Assembly: GCA_951804945.1 (NCBI GenBank) | Contig: OX638155.1 | Span: 27,590,001-27,654,000, forward strand | Direction of reading: 5' to 3' | DNA from: Podarcis cretensis | Lineage: Eukaryota | Length of the DNA stretch: 64,000 nucleotides | Shown: positions 40,321 to 50,984 of the stretch, in pieces | Layout of the letters: each line of letters opens with the position of its first letter | Numbering within the stretch: the stretch's first letter is position 1 | The notes under the pieces: generated by a model | Told to the model about the DNA's origin: nothing | The model's database searches: none | Seen by the model: only the letters and a program-made list of their open reading frames with translations | Translations under genes and position numbers: made by a program

Positions 40321-40690
40321 TTTTGTTGTTGTTGACATCCATCTGTCTCAAGAGACAATGGAGTGTGCCTCTGGGGGTGAAGTTAAACTGCTGGAGAATC
40401 ACAGCGCCTGCTGTGGCTGCAGAGCCTGGTAACTTGTAGCTGCTGCTGCCTCTGTTGTTTTCACTGTGTTAGCAGAACTGAAGTGACCACTGGGGTTCAA
40501 GCTTGGGCAGTGGGTATGGAAGTCCTAGGCTGCCCAAACTACATGATCCCCCCAGCCTGCTGATGTTGTCCAAAGAAAAGGAAAGCAATACATTTAGCAC
40601 CAGCTTGGCTGCAGTTGTCAGAAGGAGACATAAAAGATGCCATCCATCTAGCTAAGGGACTCCACTCCTGAAGATATCCTGCAAGGCAGT
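40321..40690 (-). mobile_element. Short RTE-derived non-autonomous element in RPP40 intron 1
   Basis: Minus strand ends CCATTGTCTCTTGAGACAGATGGATGT(CAA)n, an RTE-like 3' end; 5' part has CAGCCAAGCTGGTGCTAAAT; recognised from memory only. Confidence 0.5.
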
Positions 40691-42823
40691 GAGTACTAAA
40701 TACATTATACTGTTAGTATTAAGCTTTACTTTAATCCATACTTTCCCTTTTCCCTCCATTGTCTCATAAGCCCTTTAGTGTTATGTCTGTTAGACAGTTA
40801 AACCATTCTGTCAGGGAATATTTTATTCTTTGCACAACCCTCAGTAGAATTTTAAACTTGAAACCAGCAAAAAAATAAATAATACAGTAGCTTCGTAGTG
40901 ATGTGCTAAGATACTTTTAGGTTTTAAAACTAAGGGCCAAGTTAGATATGATGTGATAGGCCGATGTGTTTAAATGTGGGTCGACCCCACTCATGTCTGA
41001 TTTTTAGAACAAAAGGCTCATGTGAGTGAAGCTATCTTTAAACTCATAGCCATGCAGCTGTGTGTCACATCTAGTTTGGCCCATATTCTGTTTTAAGTAT
41101 GTGCTTATTGAAGCCATGATTTTGGATTGTGTTACAGAATAAAACTGACACTGGTGGCTTTTAATCTGTTTTATGTTTTGTTCTTTTTAATTTCATTGGA
41201 TGGGTGTGTTGGCACTGTTCTTTAGTATAACATGCTGGTTGATTTTTAATTTTATATGTAAGTTGGTTAGAGACTGAATAAATAATACAGTCTTGAATGG
41301 GTTGAGTTTTTAAAATGCTGTTCTAAGTGCCTCATGAGATAGAAACGTTAAATAAACACTACATTGTTAAAGATACTGTCTGAAACTATTAGTGTATTGC
41401 AGCAAAAGCAATACAGTCTTGCAAGTACCTTAAATAACTAACATATGCATTGTGGCATAAGCATTTGTGGAGAATGGTACATTTCACCCAATGCATAAAA
41501 CACTATATTCAGTTGGCAGAGGTGTGTGTCCACGGGCACATATTTTGCAGCCAACTGGCACCATTTGATATGAAAAAAACAAAACCTCAGGCCAAATGGC
41601 AGCGATGTAGTGGAGCAAGAATGATGTATTGCTACTTACACAGCAGCAAAAACAATGTCATATCTAGAGAAGCTGTTTCTCAATCCTGTCTGAATACCAG
41701 ATACATATACATCTCAAAACCTACTAAATTAGCTGAGCAGAGGAACAGGTAGGTTACAGTTAAGAGGTAACACGGGACGAAACTAGGCTTTATTTCACTC
41801 AGGTCAGACCTAGTTTTGCACAACCCCCACACACATTTGTGCACACACACACAGGAACTTGGGGAAACTGAATTCCCTTACCTTTCTAAAATTAAATAAT
41901 TATAATTATTATTTTTGTCTGGGGGGAGGGGCTGGAACAGATATACACCCAGTGCCTGAGCCAAATATAGATTGCCTACACCTGTAATCAATAAAGCTGT
42001 GGCTATTAATAATCCAGATCATTGTCTGCCTGTGTTTATTAATCACATCTTACGTTTAGCCACTTCTGTGGCGGTGGGAGCCCACAAACAAACAAACTTG
42101 GTGGTGAATTCCCTCACCTTTTTTCCAGAAAGAAAGAAAGAAAGAAAGAGAATTAGGTAGGATAGGACCAATCAGAAAGCCACAGAATAGTAATTTTAAG
42201 AACTACGATTTGGAAAACCATTAAAAGGACATGCAATGAAATTCAACCAAAGGGAAGCAAGGAAGTCACTTAATAATGTTAATAAGTGTAATTTTTAATA
42301 AGGTTACGATTTATGTTTGTTTTATGTGTCTGTTTATAATGTTGTGAAAATCAATAAAAACTTTTTGGGGGAAAAAGAAAGCCACAAAATAGTAAGCAAG
42401 GAACACTCTCCCCCTTTATCAGGATGGATAAATCAATAGAGGGAGGAACTGCTTTGGTATTGAAGCCTTAACAGCTACATGGCCAAAAATTAAAACAAAA
42501 CCCTGCCCTATAGCCTTAGAAGGAGCAGGACGCTAGGAGTTGCCACGCATTTCAATAATCCGCCACTTTCATCACTGCCACATGGCCATGAAACTCAGCA
42601 AGCACCGCCTAGGAATTTCAATTTTACATAAAGGCTTTTAAGAAACGGCCATTCGCCACACCAGTAATCGCAGATACACCCGTGGAAGTCAGTGAGGCGG
42701 TGCAATCCTGAGCCACCTCATCCCTCGGAAGCCACCAGCGAAATCCGCACAGACTTTGAGGCGCTCAGGATTCTCCTCAGGGGGAACCGCTACCCGCACT
42801 CTCACACCCCCCCCCCCACTTAC

Positions 42824-42949
42824 CTGGCAGTTGAAGGCGTGGTCCCGCACGCGGGCCGCGTGGCGGGACCGCTCGTGCCGCACGTGGCTCCCCTCGCACA
42901 CCAGCACGTGACGGGGCTCCTCGCGGAGCCACCTCAGCGGGGCGAACAT
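42824..42949 (-). CDS. RPP40: RPP40 exon 1 (RNase P/MRP subunit p40)
   Basis: ATG at 42949 in GGCGGCATG context; MFAPLRWLREEPRHVLVCEGSHVRHERSRHAARVRDHAFNCQ; donor GTAAGT; resembles the RPP40 N-terminus (LRRLREAPRHLLVCE). Confidence 0.92.
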
Positions 42950-43160
42950 GCCGCCCCCCGTTCCCTTTCCGAGCGGCCGCGCGCGCGCCGAGGAAGCTGG
43001 AACCGGCCAATAAAAGGAAGGCGGGGCATAAGACGTCACTCGTTCGTAAGGGAGGCGGTCTGTGGGTTCGGAACAAGGGGCGGAGGGGGAGGAGGTCCGC
43101 GCATGCGCGCTCGCCGTTAGGGAAGCGCGAGCGCCGTCGCTTTCCAAAGGTTGCCCGCGC
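42950..43160 (-). promoter_or_regulatory. RPP40 CpG-island housekeeping promoter
   Basis: CpG-rich 42690-43160; CCAAT 43007-43011, CRE-like GACGTCA 43032-43038, GC box GGGGCGGAG ~43077-43085, NRF1 palindrome GCGCATGCGC 43099-43108, GGAAG ETS cores. Confidence 0.8.
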
Positions 43161-44447
43161 TTGCTTTGGGTTTGAGGGACGGTTGAGAGAGAGGAGCGGC
43201 TGGGTGCTGAGGAAAGAATTAAAAGCCCTGCAGAGTGAATCATGGGACTCGTGAAAACACAAATTAATCAATTAATCAAAAATAGAAGAATAGAATAGAA
43301 TAGAATATAAAGAGTTCAGTGTGACTGTAGTTGACTCAGGGGAAGTCGCAGTGCGAAAAGAACACAACTGAAAATGAAACTTTTTTCCTCTAATGACCTC
43401 ATAGTGATGATATAACTTTTCAAGGCATTTATTTGCACTTCGTCCTATGCACAGTAAGGCTCAGTTTGTCTTGGGCTGAACAGAGTTACATTTGAATAAA
43501 AGGCTGAAAATTACAAGAGTGCGCTCATTAGTTTGTGGTGAAAAGGCCATTAAAAAGCACTTAGAATCTGGAAAGCTGACCATAAGGGAATTTTTCAGAG
43601 CCAATAAGAGTGCCCACATCTCTGAAACTTTTAGCTGGCTTGCATTGAAAGTTCATTATATGGCCAGTTTGTTGGAAGGGGTTACTAGTTTTGTTTTATT
43701 CTCTTATCCGCATGTATTTTGTGTTCTCATATTGTATTTTTATGTTCTGAACCACCTTGTGATCTTCAGGTGAAGGGTGGCATATAAATTTAATTAATGA
43801 TGATGATGAAACATAATAACAAAATGGTACACCATGCCAATATTCTGTTGGGTTTCCCAATACACAGGTCAGTATTGCAACTACAAAAGGCAGGTTTTCA
43901 GCTGGTCCCTTAGCTGGTTGATGCATTGATAGTAGCAGCCTTTCTTTTCTGGAGGCGGTTGCCAAGCAACAGCTCCTTCCCAGGTCCACTGAGGAAAGGG
44001 AGCAGGCCTGAAGCGGCTGGAACTTATTCATCCCATGTTAGAACTTCAGAACTCATCAGCTTTATAATATCCCTGCATGTGTCGATCTGGTGTCTATGGT
44101 TGCATTTCAAATTATTTCCATCCACCTACCTCATGGGTGCTGCTATGTGCATCATGCCTGGGTGTGTGTGTGTATATCTTGGGCCTCTTATAACACAGAT
44201 GGAAACACGGCTATTTCTGTTCAAATGTGACTTGGGGACCTTTCTTACTATACGTCTTCAGCACTCCCTTCCCCTGTAAATCGTTGTCCAGCCTATTGAG
44301 ACTTAAGTCCCCTGCACAAGAATGGACCACTCTGTTCCGTACAGCACCTAGCATATTGTTTTACATACACGTTAGACCAAAAGTAAAAACAAAATAAAAT
44401 TTTTTTCCTTCCAGTAGCACCTTAAAGACCAACTAAGTTAGTTCTTG

Positions 44448-44485
44448 GTATGAGCTTTCGTGTGCATGCACACTTCTTCAGATAC
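44448..44485 (-). ncRNA. Minimal type I hammerhead ribozyme motif, mirror copy
   Basis: Exact reverse complement of 44670-44707. Confidence 0.8.
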
Positions 44486-44669
44486 ACTGAAACAGAAGTC
44501 ACCAGACCCTTCTATATAGTGAGAAGGTGGGGAGGGGTATTACTCAGAAGGGTGGTGGGATTGGGTGAGTTGCAGCTATCTGCCAATCACCCAATCCCAC
44601 CACCCTTCTGAGTAATACCCCTCCCCACCTTCTCACTATATAGAAGGGTCTGGTGACTTCTGTTTCAGT

Positions 44670-44707
44670 GTATCTGAAGAAGTGTGCATGCACACGAAAG
44701 CTCATAC
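44670..44707 (+). ncRNA. Minimal type I hammerhead ribozyme motif (Penelope-associated)
   Basis: GTAT-CTGAAGA-A-GTGTG CATG CACAC-GAAA-GCTC/ATAC: core boxes, 5-bp stem II, stem I GUAU/AUAC, palindromic AGCT in place of stem III. Confidence 0.8.
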
Positions 44708-45832
44708 CAAGAATTAACTTAGTTGGTCTTTAAGGTGCTACTGGAAGGAAAAAAAATTATTTTGTTTTGACTATGGCAGACCAACACGGCTACCTATCTG
44801 TAACTAGACCAAAAGTAGTCTTGGCAATATGCAGTTGCTGGATTCTGTTCAGTCATGAGTTTGCTAAGGGGAGAGAATGATACTGAGGAAAGACAGCCAA
44901 TGGGTATAGGGCAACTGTCGAAACCGGAAGCAAGTTAAAACCCTATTTGTTAAGCTCTTTGGATCACATAAGCCTAACATGGGGCTGTTGGAGTAAAATA
45001 AGATTATGCCACTCTGATCATTTTAGAAGATGCTGAAGGACAAGAACGTGACAAATCGATGATTTGCCAGCCTGCCGGTATTTACTCAGCTCTTTCTTCT
45101 GAAGTTACATCTCCAATCAATGTCTCTTTTATACGCGACTAATACATGTTCTCTCAGGAGAGAAAAGCAAAGTGTTCCAGGTAATTGCATCTTAACAGCA
45201 GAAGAACATTATACTTAATGTTTGTGGATACTGGTTGAGGCAAGAGTTACCAAGTAACTGTTGCACATATTTTCATATGTGACAACAAAAGGGAATAATA
45301 TTTTTCATAGAACATCTCAACAAAGGTTATAGGAAATATAGGGTAAAAATAAATAAGCTGTTACTATTGGCATTTATATAACACTTTGTGGGAGCAATTC
45401 TGTGCACAAGAATCTGGTGTAAATCAAACTGGTGTAAATTAAGCTAGCATAAAGTTACACCAGATCCAAATGCTATTCAGCAGTAGAGCTGCTGTTCTGC
45501 CTAAGCCTGGCAAAGGGAAAACAAGCCTTTAAAAATGTTGTGTGTTGGGTTGCTAGGTCACATGACCAAGCTGAGTGGCGAATCAGTCATCTGAGCCAGA
45601 GATCTACTGCAGCCTAAGCTCCTCCTCCTGGTGGATCTTTACTTAGGATTGTCCTCTATGTGTATGAAATGTGTTAGGATTTTTGTCTCATTTAGTCCCA
45701 CAACAACCATGTGAAGTACCGGTAGTTTATGTTGGCTGTGAGATAGTTTGATAATTAGCCAAAAGGCACTCACTGAACTTTATAACAAAAATTGCAACAG
45801 GAAATCCTGATTTGGATTGTGGCCATGGTATA

Positions 45833-46196
45833 AAGGTAAAGGTAAAGGTACCCCTGCCCGTACGGGCCAGTCTTGACAGACTCTGGGGTTGTGCGCCCAT
45901 CTCACTTAAGAGGCCAGGGGCCAGCGCTGTCCGGAGACACTTCCGGGTCACGTGGCCAGTGTGACAAAGCTGCATCTGGCGAGCCAGAGCCGCACACGGA
46001 AACGCCGTTTACCTTCCCGCTGGTAAGCGGTCCCTATTTATCTACTTGCACCCGGAGGTGCTTTCGAACTGCTAGGTTGGCAGGCGCTGGGACCGAGCAG
46101 CGGGAGCGCACCCCACCGCAGGGATTCGAACCGCCGACCTTTCGATCGGCAAGTCCTAGGCGCTGAGGCTTTAACCCACAGCGCCACCTGCGTCCC
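45833..46196 (-). mobile_element. Sauria SINE, young subfamily
   Basis: Full length, CpG-rich, 14-bp TSD GTGGCCATGGTATA (45819-45832, 46197-46210). Confidence 0.92.
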
Positions 46197-46217
46197 GTGG
46201 CCATGGTATAGCAGTAT

Positions 46218-46220
<3 letters not shown>

Positions 46221-46259
<39 letters not shown>
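46221..46259. repeat. (AAT)13 microsatellite
   Basis: Directly visible. Confidence 0.95.
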
Positions 46260-46260
<1 letters not shown>

Positions 46261-46883
46261 CCATGGTGTATGTATGTGTAAGCCTTTCCCCTGTGCTGTG
46301 GCCCCTGTCCAAATCAATATTGTCTGTTTCCTCCTCTGTGACTAACATCAGTTACAGTAGCCAATGTAGACTGGAGCCTCAGCATAAGGGAAGGTTATTG
46401 CCTAAAATGATTATTTTCAATGGATTCTATTTGCTTACTAACATTGTTATATATGCCAAGTACTTCCTCTGTGTATTTTTCAGCCACGGGCACATTCTTA
46501 CGGCTTTCTTACTGCTTGAATACTAAGAAGTATATCAGATTGCAGCACAGAGCAGAAAACTGAATTAAAGGGTAATGTAATTTTAATTTTCATGCATTCT
46601 GACTAATCTCTTGCAATTAAGGGCATAATTAAAATCTAATTATATAAAATTTATTCCTATACTTTAAATGCTTTATTTTTCACTGTACCATTTTGGAGTG
46701 CTATATTAGTATTCCAAGCATTTGTGCTTCTAATTATTTTCATACAATTACTTCGGTAAAATGAAACCTATGTGTTACATTCAAACAGTTGTTCATATAA
46801 AAGCCTGAAGTACATGGTGTAGTTATACTACATTCTAGCAGCCATATATTCCAGAAGTAATGAAGGTACATATATCTAAGTAA

Positions 46884-47005
46884 TGACTTTTAATTTCAGG
46901 GTTGTGGGTTCAAGCCCCATGTAGTGCAAAAGATTCCTACACTGCAGAGGGTTGGACTTGATTATACTTTTCTTCCCTCCCAACTCTTCAATTCTATGAT
47001 TCTAT
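46884..47005 (+). mobile_element. tRNA-derived SINE with CR1-type tail
   Basis: GGGTTCAAGCCCC B box; ends CCAACTCTTCAATTCTATGATTCTAT. Confidence 0.7.
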
Positions 47006-47085
47006 ACTAGGAATTTCTATGATCTCATTTAGTTTTAGCAATGCTACAGCCTTAGAAACTCCAAGACCATTTGCTAGTGTCATAT

Positions 47086-47431
47086 AAAGGTAAAGGGACC
47101 CCTGACCATTAGGTCCAGTTGTGACCGACTCTGGGGTTGCGGTGCTCATCTCGCTTTATTGGGCGAGGGAGCCGGCGTACAGCTTCCGGGTCATGTGGCC
47201 AGCATGACTAAGCCGCTTCTGGCGAACCAGAGCAGCGCATGAAAATGCCGTTTACCTTCCCGCCGGAGCGGTACCTATTTATCTACTTGCACTTTGACGT
47301 GCTTTCAAACTGCTAGGTGGGCAGGAGCAGGGACCAAGCAACGGGAGCTCACCCCATTGTGGGGATTCGAACCGCCGAACTTCTGATCGGCAAGTCCTAG
47401 GCTCTGTGATTTAACCCACAGTGCAACCCGC
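47086..47431 (-). mobile_element. Sauria SINE
   Basis: AAAGGTAAAGGGACCCCTGACCATTAGG through TTAACCCACAG; collinear with the other copies. Confidence 0.9.
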
Positions 47432-48918
47432 ATTTGCTGTAATTTAGCAATGTCAATGCAGGCAGTGGGATCTGCCCTATATCTTCTGCTGTGAAGCAGA
47501 TGCAAATCATTCATTTAGATTCTCTGCAATCTCTTTATCATCTTTTAGCACAGCTTTCACTCTCTTGCCATCCCATGGAATGCAAAGTACCAGCCTCCAG
47601 CTGCTTCAGCTTCTTCATTTCCTTGGCATTTTTTTAAGGAATTGTAAGGGTGGGGGCAGTTGAAAGGGCACACACTTGGCAGCTGCCAAACTGGTTTCAG
47701 GGGCATATCTAACATGTAGGCTTTGTCTGATGTATGCTCAGGGCTTCATCTCTTTCAACTGCTACATATAGCAGTTATTTTCTATTGCTATTTTATTCCC
47801 CTCTGACCATCTATAATTAATTTATTTTCATTTGCTTTGTGTTAGCCCTCTCTTCTTCAAGCCGTGTTCTTTTATTGATTTTGCGGGGCTATTATCTTTA
47901 TAAAGAAAGACTACACAATGTAAAAGTGACAACATTAAGATTAGGGTGTGTGTTTTTTAATACCTACCTTCCTATGCAGTGGGTAATCAAGATAGAAGTG
48001 TAATTGTACATTTTTCTTCTTTGCCAGCCATCCTTCCAAATTAGCTGACTTAAAAGTAAACTATATGCTCTAATTTGCTGGGAAGGAAATGAAATGGGTA
48101 GTCTGACTTTTATTCCATTTAGTTTTGATTAAGCATGGCAATGTAATCCCAGGTGATTGAAAAATAATTATCCAATTTCTGGCTGCACGCTCAGAGCAAT
48201 ACTCAGGTTTTCAGTGTTCATACTGGCAATTTAGTTGCCAAAGGATTTTGCCGTTTATGATTTAATTAAAGATCTCTAAGCTGTACTCTGTTCTCATTTA
48301 TATTGGTACAAAACATCTGGGCAGTGGAAGTTCTCAGTGCATAAAGCGGCATCAGTAAAAGTGAACTAAAGCAAAAATTCAGAGAACATAAAGCAGTATG
48401 TTTCGAATTATGGGGGCTGCATGATCTTGCGCTGCAACAAAGATGGCCTCCACTGTGCCGCTGCTTGTACCCGTGCAAGCTAGCTAGTACTTTGACAGCT
48501 CACCAGCCTAAGTCTGGGCTATAAAACAATTTGCATTCATGTTGCTACCCTTAACAGCAACAGTTAACAGACAGGTAAAGGCACTGAGCAGTTCTCAGGA
48601 TGCTGATGACTTTTTTGAAGTATGGCATCCATTTCTAACTTTCTCAAATGAAAACAATATGGTCTGGCATCCACCACATACACATGGCTGGCTATTGAAC
48701 AATGCACTCCATTGTTGAAACCATCTTGTCCTACTTGAGTGTGTGCAATTTGTTACTGTGTTGGAGGGATTTAATTTTGTAGCATGTATTTACTGAAACA
48801 TCTTTAAAACTAACGCCCCCCCTACAGATTGGTGGATTGGACTCGTCTCAAGTAACATACTCCGGAGTTCACTTCTGAACCATTTTGGAGGATGAGCAGT
48901 AGCCTTTCACAGGATGTA

Positions 48919-49280
48919 AAAGGTAAAGGGACCCCTGACCTTTAGGTGTAGTCATGACCGACTCTGGGGGTTGTGGCGCTCATCTCGTTTAATTGGCCGA
49001 GGGAGCCAGTGGTTGTCCGCAGACAGCTTCCAAGTCATGTGGCCAGCATGACTAAGCTGCTTCTGGCGAACCAGAGCAGCGCATGGAAACGCCGTTTACC
49101 TTCCCGCCGGAGTGGTACCTATTTATCTACTTGCACTTTGATGTGCTTTTGAACTGCTAGGTTGGCAGGAGCAGGGACCAAGCAACGGGAGCTCACCCCG
49201 TCTCGGGGATTCGAACTGCCAACCTTCTGATTGGTAAGTCCTAGGCTCTGTGGTTTAACCCACAGTGCCACCCACGTCCC
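48919..49280 (-). mobile_element. Sauria SINE
   Basis: Full length; near-TSD TCACAGGATGTA / TCACAGAATGTA. Confidence 0.9.
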
Positions 49281-50489
49281 ATATCACAGAATGTATCTGT
49301 GTGTAGTAAATGCTTTTTAAAGATTCTACTTGTGTGTATTTTTTTAAAGGAAAGGACTTCTTCACCTTTATTAGTTGTTCAAAGGAGGGAATTTCCCGCA
49401 GGTGTAGCATGTCCTCTTGACACACAATTCACATAAAGCCAAAGCACTGTGAGGCACACTTCCCTGGAGTAAGCCAGCTGCAAACTTAATAAAGTGAATG
49501 TGCATGCAATAATGCCTAGATAGACCTCAGATGGCTGTGATTTTGATTTAAGTTCTTTTTCCCCCTGCTCCAATATTGTTTGCAAATACTATTGTTTGCA
49601 AATAATATGGAAATGAATGCTAAACCTGTGCTATATTTCAGTTTAGTTCCACTATATCCCATTATTAGTTTCAAACACCAAAGTGTGCCTATGATTACAG
49701 CCCTGATTCTAGATAACAGCATGAGGCTTAGTCTGGCATGTGGTTTAATTTGTGCCAGAGTTTAGCTCAATGCTGTTTTTCAGAGACAAACTTTGGCCAG
49801 CATATGTGAAGTAAAAATACATTGAGTCTGAGGATAACACATACTTCCACACTTCTTAACAGAGACTCATACAGTGGTAGAGTTGGAAGGGGCCATGAGG
49901 ATCATACAGTACAACTTCCTGCAATGCAGGAATCTGAGTTAAAGTATATGGTCACCATTGAGGAACAATTCATTCAAGCATGTCTAGCCATATTAGGGCA
50001 TGCACTCCAGTGACAGAATATCATTTACAAACTGGGTGGCCATGAAGACAATCTACAAATCCTGTGACTGTGAAAGATGCCCATCATTTAATTACAACCG
50101 CATGCAGATCAACAAGCAGCCAAGTTAAGCTTCTCTGCTTGACCAGCTGCACCAAAGGAAGGCAGGGGGAAGAAAGCTTTCTGGGCCTGAGATAATGACT
50201 TTTAGATACATTTGTCTTGCTTTACATAGAGTCTTCAACTCTGTACTTGTTAGGATTGCAGTGGGACCATTTCTAAGGCACTGACTGAAATAGTTGCAGC
50301 TTTCCCCTGGGCATTATCCATCGAAGTTGCCAAAAGGAGGAGAGGAAGGAAAAAGGGGGAGCTGCCTTAGGAACAGCTTCCTGTGGCGAAGAGAGGGCTG
50401 CCTCTGACATTTCATTTCCTCCTTGCGCCAGGGAGCAGCCCAAACGGAGCCTTACTACTGCTCGGCAACGCCACTTACCAGGAGGGGGA

Positions 50490-50984
50490 ACTCCCGGTGG
50501 GCGTGGCGGGGCCAAGCCTCCTGCAAGCCAAAAGCATTCTAGGACTCTTTCAAGTCCGGATTCGAAGGGGCGCTTCCCCCTTTCACTTCTCACCCCCCGC
50601 CCCCGCCGCATACACACCCCGAGGAAAGGGCTAGGCGCGCGTCCCCGCCCGGGACTGCGAGAGAAACAGCTACGTGCTTTGTAGCCTGTGGCGAATGTCT
50701 TTCCTGACTGGTTCCTGTGGGAGGTCCCGCCCCGCCCCACACTTCCCCGAGGGTGGGGAGGGAGCGCAGGAGGCAGGGAAAAGGGGGCGCGCCCCCTTCG
50801 CCCAGCGCGCCACGGGCTTTAGCGAGCAGCCTCGCAACTGCGACAAAACGACCCTGCTTGGAAAGCGGACTGGAGCCCCCGACGGCCGCGGCTCGGATGG
50901 CAACTTAAGCAGGGAGGGCGGAAGGCCCGGACTCGGCCGAGAGCGAGCGAGCGAGCGAGCGAGGCGCCGCGTCGGCGTCATGCT
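50490..50984 (+). promoter_or_regulatory. PPP1R3G CpG-island promoter and 5' UTR
   Basis: High CpG density continuing through the CDS to ~52140; several CCCGCCC/GGGCGG boxes; TACGTG at 50671-50676. Confidence 0.75.

Larger units (their letters stand above)
44386..44804. mobile_element. Penelope-like element remnant: inverted pseudo-LTR pair
   Basis: Inverted arms 44386-44568 and 44587-44768; 36-bp unpaired tail 44769-44804; 13-bp TSD TAGACCAAAAGTA (44373-44385, 44805-44817); hammerhead motif in each arm. Confidence 0.85.

Noticed and set aside
41700-42120. LTR-like remnant with AATAAA (similar at ~25190-25430)
   Set aside because: No clear TG..CA termini or TSD could be defined.
42689-43271. 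142-184 aa ORFs over the RPP40 promoter
   Set aside because: CpG-island artefacts; only 42824-42949 matches RPP40 and is bounded by a splice donor.
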